A stretch of 64,000 nt of DNA from an uncultured Clostridia bacterium (GTDB lineage: Bacteria > Bacillota > Clostridia > Christensenellales > UBA1242): positions 4,986-68,985 of the forward strand of contig CANQDK010000007.1 in the NCBI GenBank assembly GCA_947591785.1. Reading direction: 5' to 3'. The stretch's first letter is position 1. Each line of letters starts with the position of its first letter. This document shows, piece by piece, positions 1 to 9,441 of this stretch. Under the pieces are notes generated by a model, which saw only the letters and a list, made by a program, of their open reading frames with translations, did not search any database and was not told where the DNA came from. A program made the position numbers and the translations under genes.

Positions 1-189
1 TGAAACAACTTGTCCAAGTGCATGAACACCCCTGTCGGTTCGGCCGCTTCCTTCAACTGTAACAGTTTCACCTGTCACTTCCGTTATTGTTTTTTCAAGC
101 TCGTCTTGGACTGTTCTTTTACCATTTTGTTTTTGCCAACCATAAAAGTTTGCTCCATTGTATTCAACTGTTATCTTAAAATTTCTCAT
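1..189 (-). CDS. truA: tRNA pseudouridine(38-40) synthase TruA, first 63 codons (gene runs off the window edge)
   Basis: Reverse translation from ATG at 187-189 gives MRNFKITVEYNGANFYGWQKQNGKRTVQDELEKTITEVTGETVTVEGSGRTDRGVHALGQVVS. This has the TruA hallmarks Y.G..(F/Y)YGWQ.Q and the catalytic GRTD.GVHA motif. It is absent from the ORF track because it is open at the edge. Confidence 0.8.
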   Translation of the reverse strand, partial: MRNFKITVEYNGANFYGWQKQNGKRTVQDELEKTITEVTGETVTVEGSGRTDRGVHALGQVVS

Positions 190-324
190 GTTTTTTGTTT
201 CTCAACCTTCTATTTTGTTTTTCAAAGTTTTTAAAATTTTTCAATATGTTTATATTTCATATTATTTAATAAATATATTTTACAAATTTTGATATAAATA
301 ATCAATTAAAAATTTAAAATAAAT

Positions 325-353
325 TTGACTTAAATCTTTAAAAAGTTTAAACT
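325..353 (+). promoter_or_regulatory. putative sigma-70-type promoter for the PFOR gene (TTGACT-17 nt-TAAACT)
   Basis: TTGACT at 325-330, a 17-nt spacer, then TAAACT at 348-353. RBS AAGAGGTG lies at 366-373, ahead of the ATG at 377. Confidence 0.35.
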
Positions 354-376
354 TTATTAAATAAAAGAGGTGTCCT

Positions 377-3300
377 ATGAAAAAAGTTGTTGATGGAAAC
401 ACTGCAGTTGCTATGATTGCTTACAAACTTTCTGAAGTTATTCCAATTTATCCAATCACTCCATCTTCTCCGATGGCAGAATATTGTGACGGAAATGTTG
501 CAAGCGGAAAGAAAAATCTGTTTGGAGAAATTCCAACCTTAATTGAAATGCAATCAGAAGGTGGAGCTTCAGGAACTTTACATGGAAGTCTGTCGGCTGG
601 AGCACTTTCAACAACCTTCACATCAAGCCAAGGGCTTTTGCTCATGATTCCAAATCTTTACAAACTTGCAGGAGAACATCTTCCTGCTGTTTTGCATGTT
701 GCAGCTCGAAGTATTGCAACTCATGCTCTTTCAATTTTTGGTGACCACAGTGATGTTATGGCAACAAGGCAAACTGGTGCAATTCTTCTTTCTTCTGCAT
801 CAGTTCAACAAGCACACGATTTTGCTCTTATAGCACATATTCTTGCACTCAAAACATCTCTGCCTGTTATACATTTTTTTGATGGATTCAGGACTTCTCA
901 TGAAGTTCAAAAAATTGAAATTATCCCTGACGAAATCATCTTAAAAATGCTTCCAAAATCGGAAATTGAAAATTTCAAGAATTCTCGTATGACTTCATCT
1001 TCTCCTTATCAAAAAGGGACTGCACAAAATCCTGATGTCTTTTTCCAAAATCGTGAAGCAAGCGAAAGTTCGTATAAAAATGTTTACAACACTTTGGCAG
1101 AAATATTGAAGGAATTTGAGAAGTTTACTGGACGAAAATATGCTCCTTTTGAATTAATTGGAAACAAAAAAGCTAAAAAAGTTGTTGTATGTATGGGTTC
1201 GGCATGCGAAACTTTGGAAGAAGTTATCTCTTTTGACAAAAAATATCAGGATATCGCTATTGTTGATGTACATCTTTATAGGCCTTTTGATTATGATAAA
1301 CTTGTAGAAACTCTTCCAAATGTCGAGAAAATTATTGTATTGGACAGAACAAAAGAATGTGGTGCAAGAGAGCCACTTTTCCTTGATGTTAAAAATGCTT
1401 TCTCTCAAAATGTGGAAATTGTTGGCGGACGATATGGCCTTGGCGGAAAGGAATTCACTCCTGCAATGGCGGTTGCATGCTTTGAAAATTTCAACACTAT
1501 GAAAGACAACTTCACTGTGGGCATCAATGATGACATTTCAAATTCTTCTTTGCCAGTGAAAGAATACAATTTGCCTGCACACAATTTCCAAATGAAATTC
1601 TGGGGACTTGGCTCGGACGGAACAGTTTCAGCAAGCAAAAGCACCATCAAGATTTTGGGCGAAGAACTTGGCCAATATGTGCAAGGATATTTTGAATATG
1701 ACAGCAAAAAGAGTGGAAGTTTGACTCGTTCACATATTCGTGTCAGTGAAAAACCAATCAAAAGCACTTATCTTGTCAGCGAAGCGGACATAATCACAAT
1801 CAACAACTTTTCTTTCGTGCATAGATATAATTGTCTTGAAGGATTGAAAAAAAATGGAAAAGTGCTTATCAACACCATATTTGCTCCTGACGAAATTGAC
1901 AAAATTTTGCCTGACATTTATAAGAAAACTTTACAAGAGAAAAATGCAACTTTGTTCGTTATAAACGCTCAAAAAATTGCCGAAGAAGTTGGACTTGGCG
2001 GTAAAATTAATATGATTATGCAAACTGCCTTGTTTAAAGTTTCAAAAATAATTGATTTTAAAATTGCAAAAGAACAAATTGAAAAATATATTCAGAACAC
2101 CTTTAAGAAAAAAGGTAAATCTGTGATTGACAAAAACTTAAAAGCATCAAGAATGGCTGAAACTGGTGCAAAAAAAGTTGATATTTCAAAGTTTACACTG
2201 AAAGGCGATAGTTTGTCTTATAAAAACATTCCAAATGAATTTTACCAAAAAATTATGGCACCAATTGAAAAACTTGAAGGAGATAAAATCCCTGTTTCCG
2301 CTTTTGATAAGGCAGGAAAAGTCCCTCAAGGCACAGCCGATTTTGAAAAACGTGGCTTTGCTTCAAGACTTCCAAAGTGGTTGCCTGTCAACTGTATTCA
2401 ATGTGGACAATGTGCAATTGCTTGCCCTCACAACGCAATCAGGCCTGTTTTGGTTAAAGGTGAAACACCCGAAGAGTTGGAATTTGCTTCTGCATTTGGG
2501 ATGAACGGCTATTACTACCGCTTGCAAATCAGTCCTGAAGATTGCACAGGTTGCGGAGTTTGTGCAAACAACTGTCCTGCAAAAAACAAAGCACTTGTTA
2601 TGTGTCCAGCAGAAGAATTGCTTGAAAAAGAGAAGAAAAATTATGCTCTTGTGAAAACCTTGAAAGCAGAAAAAGAGACTCCTTTCCCAACAGATTTTCC
2701 AAAAGGATTGCAATTTAAAGATTGTTATTTTGGTTTTTCTGGTGCATGTGCTGGTTGTGGAGAAACACCATATATCAAACTTGCAACAAATTTGTTTGGT
2801 AGCAGAATGTTGATTGCAAACGCAACTGGTTGTTCAAGCATCTATGGTGGCTCTTATCCAAGTTGCCCTTACTTCAAAGATGATAACGGCCGTGGACCAG
2901 CGTGGGCAAATTCGCTTTTTGAAGATAATGCGGAATTTGGACTTGGACTCAAACTTGGAAGCAAATATTCTGGCGAAAATCAATCTGTGTGGATAATCGG
3001 CGGAGATGGTTGGGCTTACGACATCGGCTATGGTGGACTTGACCACATCTTGAATGGACATGAGAATGTAAATATTCTTGTTCTTGACACAGAAGTTTAT
3101 TCCAACACAGGTGGACAAGCGTCAAAATCAACTCCACGTGGAGCAATGGTAAAATTTGCAAATGCAGGGAAGCAGACAAAGAAAAAAGATTTAGTCGCTC
3201 TTGCAATTTCATCAAGAAACTGCTATGTCGCACAAGTTTCTCTTGGTGCAGATATGGGACAGTGTATTAAGGCTTTCAAAGAAGCAGAAGCCTTTGATGG

Positions 3301-3607
3301 CCCAAGTTTAATTGTTGCCTATGCCCCTTGTGTCAATCATGGATTTGACATGTCAAAGACGACAACTCACATGCGTGATGCAGTTTTGTGCGGATATTGG
3401 AGTTTGCTGAGATACAATCCAAAAACAAACACCTTTAATGAAGACAGCAGAAGCGATTTTGATAGATTTGAAACATTCCTTGAAGGAGAAAGCAGATTTA
3501 GTGCAATCAAGGAACTTAAAGGGGAAGAAGGTGAAAAACTTCTTACACAAAACAAAAAAGATGCAATGGAGAGAATGCAAACACTAAGGCGTCTTGCAGG
3601 AATTTAA
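377..3607 (+). CDS. nifJ: pyruvate:ferredoxin (flavodoxin) oxidoreductase, single-polypeptide PFOR
   Basis: 1076 aa. N-terminal PorA-like domain (IPIYPITPSSPMAE). PorC-like FWGLGSDGTVSASKSTIKILG. Two 4Fe-4S motifs, CIQCGQCAIACPHNAI and CTGCGVCANNCPAK. TPP motif GGDGWAYDIGYGGLDH...LDTEVYSNTGGQASK. Confidence 0.95.
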   Translation: MKKVVDGNTAVAMIAYKLSEVIPIYPITPSSPMAEYCDGNVASGKKNLFGEIPTLIEMQSEGGASGTLHGSLSAGALSTTFTSSQGLLLMIPNLYKLAGEHLPAVLHVAARSIATHALSIFGDHSDVMATRQTGAILLSSASVQQAHDFALIAHILALKTSLPVIHFFDGFRTSHEVQKIEIIPDEIILKMLPKSEIENFKNSRMTSSSPYQKGTAQNPDVFFQNREASESSYKNVYNTLAEILKEFEKFTGRKYAPFELIGNKKAKKVVVCMGSACETLEEVISFDKKYQDIAIVDVHLYRPFDYDKLVETLPNVEKIIVLDRTKECGAREPLFLDVKNAFSQNVEIVGGRYGLGGKEFTPAMAVACFENFNTMKDNFTVGINDDISNSSLPVKEYNLPAHNFQMKFWGLGSDGTVSASKSTIKILGEELGQYVQGYFEYDSKKSGSLTRSHIRVSEKPIKSTYLVSEADIITINNFSFVHRYNCLEGLKKNGKVLINTIFAPDEIDKILPDIYKKTLQEKNATLFVINAQKIAEEVGLGGKINMIMQTALFKVSKIIDFKIAKEQIEKYIQNTFKKKGKSVIDKNLKASRMAETGAKKVDISKFTLKGDSLSYKNIPNEFYQKIMAPIEKLEGDKIPVSAFDKAGKVPQGTADFEKRGFASRLPKWLPVNCIQCGQCAIACPHNAIRPVLVKGETPEELEFASAFGMNGYYYRLQISPEDCTGCGVCANNCPAKNKALVMCPAEELLEKEKKNYALVKTLKAEKETPFPTDFPKGLQFKDCYFGFSGACAGCGETPYIKLATNLFGSRMLIANATGCSSIYGGSYPSCPYFKDDNGRGPAWANSLFEDNAEFGLGLKLGSKYSGENQSVWIIGGDGWAYDIGYGGLDHILNGHENVNILVLDTEVYSNTGGQASKSTPRGAMVKFANAGKQTKKKDLVALAISSRNCYVAQVSLGADMGQCIKAFKEAEAFDGPSLIVAYAPCVNHGFDMSKTTTHMRDAVLCGYWSLLRYNPKTNTFNEDSRSDFDRFETFLEGESRFSAIKELKGEEGEKLLTQNKKDAMERMQTLRRLAGI

Positions 3608-3864
3608 AAATAATAACATGAAAAAATAACAAAAAAAATCAATTATAAAAACTCAAATCTAAAATTTAAATTTTAACATATTTTTGCAATTAGTTTGTAA
3701 AAATTTGTAGAAAACACAGTTTTTATTGTTTTAAAGCATTTTTTGTTCACAAAAATTAATATTTTTATTTGACAAAAATGTCAAAAACATATTAAAATTT
3801 ACTATAAAAATAAAAATTCTTTACAATAGTTTTAAATTTTATTATCAATTAAAAAGGAAAAAGA

Positions 3865-4596
3865 ATGGAAGATATTTTTAAATCTTGGTTAGTTGAAACC
3901 CCAATAGCACACAGAGGCTATCATGACAAAACAGCCCCAGAGAACTCTCTTGGAGCATTTGCTAAAGCAATTGAAAAAGGTTATGCAATTGAACTTGATG
4001 TTCACCTACTTGCAGACGACACAGTTGTCGTTTTTCATGACGAATCTTTGGCAAGAATGACATCAAATGATGGATACCTAAAATATCTTAACAAAGAAGA
4101 CATAAAATCACTGCGACTTGCTGGCACAAAGGAAACAATTCCAACCTTAGCAGAAGTTCTTGCACTTGTTGATGGAAAAGTTCCACTTCTTATTGAGGTT
4201 AAAAATAAATATAAAGTTGGAAAACTTGAGCAGGCTGTGATAAATCTTTTGAAACATTATAAAGGAGAATTTGCAATTCAGTCCTTCAACCCATACTCTC
4301 TTGCTTATTTCAAAAAACATGCACCAAATTTCCTTCGCGGGCAACTTTCGGGCTATTTCAAAGGTGAAAAACTTGCTTGGCTCAAAAAATTTATGCTGAA
4401 AAGTATGCGTCTAAACAAAAAAGTCAGCGAGCCACACTTCATTTCTTATGAAGCAAGCACCCTGCCAAATCGATATACAAAGAAATATAAAAATCTTCCA
4501 CTTCTCGCTTGGGCTGTTAAAAGCAAAGAAGAATATATGAATATTATTAAATATTGTGATAATGTGATTTTTGAAAATTTTGAACCAGAAATATAA
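3865..4596 (+). CDS. glycerophosphodiester phosphodiesterase (GDPD family)
   Basis: 243 aa with the N-terminal GDPD signature AHRGY..(x)..PENSLGAF..A...G..IELDVHL..D...VVFHDE. RBS AAAAGGAAAA lies upstream. Confidence 0.85.
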   Translation: MEDIFKSWLVETPIAHRGYHDKTAPENSLGAFAKAIEKGYAIELDVHLLADDTVVVFHDESLARMTSNDGYLKYLNKEDIKSLRLAGTKETIPTLAEVLALVDGKVPLLIEVKNKYKVGKLEQAVINLLKHYKGEFAIQSFNPYSLAYFKKHAPNFLRGQLSGYFKGEKLAWLKKFMLKSMRLNKKVSEPHFISYEASTLPNRYTKKYKNLPLLAWAVKSKEEYMNIIKYCDNVIFENFEPEI

Positions 4597-4830
4597 AAAA
4601 AATCAATTTTTGTAACAATAAAATTAGAAAATAGCAAATTTAATAAAATTATAATTTTATAAAAAATAAAATTAAAAAAATACAAATTAATTAAATCAAA
4701 ATTTAATTAAAATAAAATAGGCTAGAATAAAAGAAATTAAAATAATCACAAAAAAAATAATTAATTTGCAAAATAAAAATTTAAACAAAAATTAATAAAA
4801 ATAATAAAAAAATTTAAATATATTAAAAAA

Positions 4831-4849
4831 AACAGCATTTTTTGCTGTT
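4831..4849. terminator. bidirectional rho-independent terminator between convergent genes
   Basis: Hairpin AACAGCA-TTTTT-TGCTGTT, flanked by an A-run upstream and a T-run downstream. Confidence 0.6.
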
Positions 4850-4858
4850 TTTTGTTTT

Positions 4859-5314
4859 TTATTTTATTTCTCCATAAATCTTTTTAACTTTATTTGTCAA
4901 CTCTTTTCCGTTTTTGACAAAGTCTATGACAAGTTGCGTTGCAACTTCTGGTGGCATAAGTTGAAGGTTTGGAATTTTTGAAATTTCAATCTCAACTGGC
5001 TTATAGACGCCTTTGTTTTGATTTGGCTGAAACTCTTCTCCCTTACCACTTCCAAATTCACCACTTTCCCAAACGCAAACATAAAAATTTTCAATGCTTT
5101 TGTTGGACTCATAGACATACACCTTTTTTATTGGTTTAACCACAATTCCGAATTCTTCAAAAACTTCTCTCTTCACACACTCTTCTTCAGTTTCTCCCTC
5201 TTCTTGCTTACCACCAGGAAAAGTATAATATTTTCTATCAAAATTTTCTCTATACATTGAAATGATTTTGTCATCAACAAAAATTATTGCTCTTGAACTT
5301 ATTCTTTTTTCCAC
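4859..5314 (-). CDS. NUDIX hydrolase
   Basis: 151 aa with an intact Nudix box, GGKQEEGETEEECVKREVFEEFGI (G-x5-E-x7-REUxEExGU). Confidence 0.85.
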   Translation of the reverse strand: MEKRISSRAIIFVDDKIISMYRENFDRKYYTFPGGKQEEGETEEECVKREVFEEFGIVVKPIKKVYVYESNKSIENFYVCVWESGEFGSGKGEEFQPNQNKGVYKPVEIEISKIPNLQLMPPEVATQLVIDFVKNGKELTNKVKKIYGEIK

Positions 5315-5394
5315 TTCAAAAACCTCTCAAAAATTCTTAATTTTATTTTACAACAAAATTTTAATTTTTTCAAAGTGTTTTTTGCATTTAAGTT

Positions 5395-7140
5395 TCATTC
5401 AACAGTCACTGATTTCGCCAAATTTCTAGGTTTATCTGGATTAAAGCCGAGTTTTTGACAAACCGAAAATGCCAAAAGTTGAAGAGGAACAATTGAAACA
5501 ATTGGCATTAAAAATTCTTCAAAACATGGAAGAGAAATTTTTTGAGCAACATTGATATTATGTTCAATATTGGAAATCAAAACAATTTTCCCACCTCGTG
5601 CTTGAACTTCTAAAATATTGCTTTCAATTTTCTTTTTGGTTTTTTCCTGTGTTGAAATTGCAATCACCAAACTATTTTCATCAATAAGTGCAAGTGTTCC
5701 ATGCTTCAGTTCCCCAGCAGGAATTCCAAGGCAGTTTAAATATGCAATTTCTTTTAATTTTAAAGCCCCTTCCAAACTTGTTATACAATCCTGCCCTCGC
5801 CCCATAAAGAACACCTTATCACTTTGTAAAACAAGCTCACAAAATTTTTCAACATCAAATTCACAATCAAAATTTAATGAAAAATTTTTCAAAATGCTGT
5901 TAATATTCAGTCCAGCTAGTTTAAGAGCAAAAATTAAAAGCGAAAATATTTGTGCTGTATATGCTTTTGTGGAAGCAACAGCAATTTCTTTCCCTGCAAA
6001 AGTTGGTAAAACAAAATCCGCAAGAGAATTCAATGTGCAATAAGGAACATTTGTCACGCACATAATGCTAAGTCCTGCATCTTTGACAAGTTTTGCAGAT
6101 GCAATTGTGTCTGCTGTTTCCCCACTTTGACTTACAAAAACATATAGACAATTTTTTGATAGGACATTTTCAGCATATCTAAATTCGCTTGCAACACTTG
6201 CTTCACAGGGCTTGTTACAAAACTTTTGAAGAAACCGACATGCCATAAGACAACTATGATATGCAGTTCCGCAAGCAATAAAATGGAATGATTTAAATTT
6301 TTTAAAATTTTTAATATCAAAATTATTTTGTGAAACACATAAATTCAAATATGTTTTTCTTATTGCAAGAGGCTGTTCCTTTATTTCCTTTAACATAAAC
6401 GAATCACTTGAAGAATAATCATAAGAAAACCCATCATTTTCAATAGGAATGCACTTTTTTTCAATTTTTTTACCATTTTTATCAAAAAAAATCACATTTT
6501 TTAATGAAATTTCTGCAAATTCACCATCATTTAAACAAAAGGCATTTTTAAATTTGTTTGAAAAAACAGAAATGTCACTTCCTGCCATAACTTCATTTTC
6601 ATTTACTGCAACCCATAAAGGAGAACCCTTTTTTGCCAAATAAATTTTTTTGGATTTATTTTCGAGCAAAGCCAAAGAATATGCTCCCACCACCTTTTGA
6701 CAGGCCTTACGCAATTTCTCAAATGTCGAACCATTTTCTTTTGCAATAAGTGAAACAAAAACTTCTGTGTCAGTCTGAGATAAAAATGGAACATCAATAG
6801 AATTTTTAAGTTCTTCAAAGTTTTCAACAATTCCATTATGCACAATAGCATAATTTCCATCAAAACTTAGTTGCGGATGAGCATTCTCTTCACAAACTTT
6901 CCCATGTGTTGCCCAGCGTGTATGTCCAATAACAATCTCCGATGAAAAATTCTCTTTCACTTTTTCTTCAAGAGAATTTATTCCACCAACGCACTTTACA
7001 ATTTCCAAATTATCATTTTTCTTTGAATTAATAAACGCCAAACCACAACTATCATAACCGCGATATTCAAGTTCTTTCAAACCACGAATTACATTCATTA
7101 TTTGATTGCCATTTCCAAATCCTGCACAAATTCCACACAT
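5395..7140 (-). CDS. glmS: glutamine--fructose-6-phosphate aminotransferase (isomerizing)
   Basis: 581 aa. N-terminal nucleophile MCGI, glutaminase HTRWATHG, two SIS domains (SQSGETADT), and the canonical C-terminus PRNLAKSVTVE. RBS AGGAGAA upstream. Confidence 0.95.
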   Translation of the reverse strand: MCGICAGFGNGNQIMNVIRGLKELEYRGYDSCGLAFINSKKNDNLEIVKCVGGINSLEEKVKENFSSEIVIGHTRWATHGKVCEENAHPQLSFDGNYAIVHNGIVENFEELKNSIDVPFLSQTDTEVFVSLIAKENGSTFEKLRKACQKVVGAYSLALLENKSKKIYLAKKGSPLWVAVNENEVMAGSDISVFSNKFKNAFCLNDGEFAEISLKNVIFFDKNGKKIEKKCIPIENDGFSYDYSSSDSFMLKEIKEQPLAIRKTYLNLCVSQNNFDIKNFKKFKSFHFIACGTAYHSCLMACRFLQKFCNKPCEASVASEFRYAENVLSKNCLYVFVSQSGETADTIASAKLVKDAGLSIMCVTNVPYCTLNSLADFVLPTFAGKEIAVASTKAYTAQIFSLLIFALKLAGLNINSILKNFSLNFDCEFDVEKFCELVLQSDKVFFMGRGQDCITSLEGALKLKEIAYLNCLGIPAGELKHGTLALIDENSLVIAISTQEKTKKKIESNILEVQARGGKIVLISNIEHNINVAQKISLPCFEEFLMPIVSIVPLQLLAFSVCQKLGFNPDKPRNLAKSVTVE

Positions 7141-7222
7141 ATATTCTCCTACCTAAGTTATGAAAATATATGAAATAAAATATTTTTTCGTGAAAATTTT
7201 TTGAGTAATTTTGTCTTTTTTA

Positions 7223-7756
7223 TTATTGTTTATAAGTTAGGAATGTCAGATATGTATCACCATATCTTTTTTTATCAACAACATCAAAAGGAGAATCATC
7301 AAATTTTTCTTCACCAAGATGTTCGCAAACAATAATTCCATCTTGAGATAGAATGTTTTTTTCATATATTTTCTGCAAAACAGAAGAATACAGCCCACTT
7401 CTGTATGGCGGATCAATTAAAATTAAATCATACTGTTCAGCACATTTATTAAGAAAAACAAGAGCATCGCATTTCACAACCTTCTGCTCTATTCCCATAT
7501 TTTTTAAATTTGCTTTTGTAAGAGAAACACTACGAAAATCTTTGTCAACCAAAGTTACACTTTCTGCACCGCGACTCAATGCTTCAATACCCAATGCACC
7601 AGTTCCACAAAATAAATCCAAAACTCTTTTTCCTGGTAAAAAAAATTGTAGCTTGACAAAAAGAGCCTGCCTGACTTTATCAGTTGTCGGCCTAATATGA
7701 GCATATTTATTTTCAATAAATTTGTGTCCCTTAAATTTTCCAGAATCAACTCTCAT
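7223..7756 (-). CDS. rsmD: 16S rRNA (guanine966-N2)-methyltransferase RsmD
   Basis: Motifs VLDLFCGTGALGIEALSRGA and IDPPY. The start is set at MRVDSGKFKG (family-typical MRIISG..KG). The ORF track extends 9 codons further, to 7783, without an RBS. Confidence 0.85.
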   Translation of the reverse strand: MRVDSGKFKGHKFIENKYAHIRPTTDKVRQALFVKLQFFLPGKRVLDLFCGTGALGIEALSRGAESVTLVDKDFRSVSLTKANLKNMGIEQKVVKCDALVFLNKCAEQYDLILIDPPYRSGLYSSVLQKIYEKNILSQDGIIVCEHLGEEKFDDSPFDVVDKKRYGDTYLTFLTYKQ

Positions 7757-7929
7757 TTTTTTATTATAACATAGATAAAACAAAATTGTAAAATATAAAT
7801 ATATTTCATTACTTATTTTGTTTAAATTATATTATTTAAGTAAGTTATATTATTTAAATAAAAATTTAAAATTTTATTTAATTTTTTCTTTTTTTGTATT
7901 ATATATGTCAATTTTTTTTATTTATTAAG

Positions 7930-8032
7930 ATTTATAATTAAATTTTTGCATTCTAAATTTATAATTTAAATTTCCATTCTAATTCTAAGTTTATAAATTT
8001 AAATTTTATCTTGAATTTGTAATTCAAATTAG
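7930..8032. repeat. four degenerate AT-rich direct repeats (core TTTATAAtTTAAATTT), intergenic
   Basis: Copies start near 7930, 7955, 7988 and 8012, spaced 24-33 nt. Each contains a short A/T palindrome. Confidence 0.3.
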
Positions 8033-8036
8033 TGTT

Positions 8037-9035
8037 TTAAACAATAATAGTTTCTCCTCTAAAGCAAGAAAAAGATGTAAGGACTTCATAGGAAATTGTT
8101 TTTAATTTTTTTGCAAAATATTCGGCATCATTCATAACTTCAACTTTATCTCCAACACCAACACTTCCATCTATTTTGACAAAAAAAGCGTCCATGCATA
8201 TATTTCCAACACTTTGATAAGTTTTACCATTTATAGTAACTCTAAAATTTCCGCTCAAATTTCTTCTTAATCCATCTCCATATCCCACTGGAACGACTGC
8301 AAAAAAAGAATCCTTTCCAACAATATATTCATTGCCGTATCCAATATGTTCCCCTCTTTTTGCATAAAAAATTTTACTCACAAAAGAAACAATCTTCATC
8401 ACAGGTTTTAGGTTTTTATTGTTATATCCGTAAAGACAAATGCCAAGTCGAAGCATATCAAATTCAAAGCCATAATCAAAGATTCCGCTACCTCCAAAGC
8501 AAACCATTGTGTCTTGTGAAACTTCTCTCCGAAATTTTTCAAAAAGTTGATAACTTTCATTTGTTGATTTGGAATCCTCTGTTCTTGGAAAATGTGTATA
8601 AATTGATTTAAGCTTAATATTTTCAGTTTGCAAAAAATTGTCAATACCTCTTAATGCAAAAAGACTTTTAACACCAAAACGATTCATTCCACAATTTATT
8701 TTAAGATGTAACGAATTTTTTAATCCACATTTTACAGCATTTCTTAAATCGCTTTCATCATCAATCATAATTTCCAATTTGTTTTTTCGACAACATTCAT
8801 AATTTGTCACTTTCGAACATATTAAAATTGGTTTTTTTGTCAGCTTTCTTACTGCCAATCCCTCTTCAACATTGACAACTCCAAAATAATCAACTTTATT
8901 TTCAATCAAATTAACAATTTGTTCAACTCCATGTCCATAGGCATTCGATTTAACCATTGCACATATTTTTTTTGTTTGAAAATAGGAAAGATTCTCTAAT
9001 AAATTTTTAGATGAAATCATTTTGAAATTTTTCAT
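8037..9035 (-). CDS. alr: alanine racemase
   Basis: PLP-lysine motif AMVKSNAYGHG. C-terminal PVGYGDGLRR...G.ICMDAFFV. The start is set at MKNFKMISS (9035). The 98 upstream codons in the ORF track have no homology signal and overlap a better gene on the other strand. Confidence 0.85.
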   Translation of the reverse strand: MKNFKMISSKNLLENLSYFQTKKICAMVKSNAYGHGVEQIVNLIENKVDYFGVVNVEEGLAVRKLTKKPILICSKVTNYECCRKNKLEIMIDDESDLRNAVKCGLKNSLHLKINCGMNRFGVKSLFALRGIDNFLQTENIKLKSIYTHFPRTEDSKSTNESYQLFEKFRREVSQDTMVCFGGSGIFDYGFEFDMLRLGICLYGYNNKNLKPVMKIVSFVSKIFYAKRGEHIGYGNEYIVGKDSFFAVVPVGYGDGLRRNLSGNFRVTINGKTYQSVGNICMDAFFVKIDGSVGVGDKVEVMNDAEYFAKKLKTISYEVLTSFSCFRGETIIV

Positions 9036-9182
9036 AATAACATATACTTTTGAAAAAACATTTTTGCTACTATAAACCTTAAAAATATTTGTCGAAAAAT
9101 AGTATAAAAGACGAAATGGTGACACCACTTTCATGTAATTTATTAAAAATTCTTGTAAAATTTTGCATAAAGGAGGTGTATA

Positions 9183-9362
9183 ATGACAAATTTGCCTAGA
9201 TTTACATTGAGAATTCCAAAGTCTGTACTCGACAAAATTCAATACACTGCCACATATAATGGTAGAAGTAAAAATCGAGAAATAGAAACTGCCATAAAAC
9301 GCTATATTAGGGATTTTGAAAATCTTCATGGCGAAATAATTGTTGACGAACCAGAAGATTAA
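9183..9362 (+). CDS. ribbon-helix-helix (Arc/CopG-like) DNA-binding protein, 59 aa
   Basis: Strong RBS AAAGGAGGTG 6 nt before the ATG. Translation: MTNLPRFTLRIPKSVLDKIQYTATYNGRSKNREIETAIKRYIRDFENLHGEIIVDEPED. The beta-strand FTLRIP followed by two helices with GRS.N.EIE is typical of Arc-family RHH proteins. It falls below the 60-aa cutoff of the ORF track. Confidence 0.65.
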   Translation: MTNLPRFTLRIPKSVLDKIQYTATYNGRSKNREIETAIKRYIRDFENLHGEIIVDEPED

Positions 9363-9379
9363 AAAATCTCAAAAATTAA

Positions 9380-9408
9380 TTGACAAAGCTTAAAATGTGT
9401 TGTATAAT
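9380..9408 (+). promoter_or_regulatory. consensus sigma-70 promoter for tRNA-Lys (TTGACA-17 nt-TATAAT)
   Basis: TTGACA at 9380-9385 and TATAAT at 9403-9408. The tRNA 5' end is at 9442. Confidence 0.5.
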
Positions 9409-9441
9409 ACACATAGTTTTTTATTACAAAAAAATTTATTT

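Noticed and set aside
10-234. 74-aa plus-strand ORF at the window start
   Set aside because: It is antisense to a clear truA N-terminus (minus strand, 1-189). Its sequence is Cys/Phe-rich nonsense with no RBS.
3769-3784. Palindrome TTGACA-AAAA-TGTCAA upstream of the GDPD gene
   Set aside because: Six-bp arms in ~75% AT intergenic DNA are expected by chance. One arm is simply a -35-like hexamer, and there are no further copies in the window.
9036-9329. 98-codon N-terminal extension of the alanine racemase ORF
   Set aside because: It has no similarity to Alr N-termini. The family-typical start with the KxNAYGHG motif follows the internal Met at 9035. The extension overlaps a better-supported RHH gene with a strong RBS on the opposite strand.
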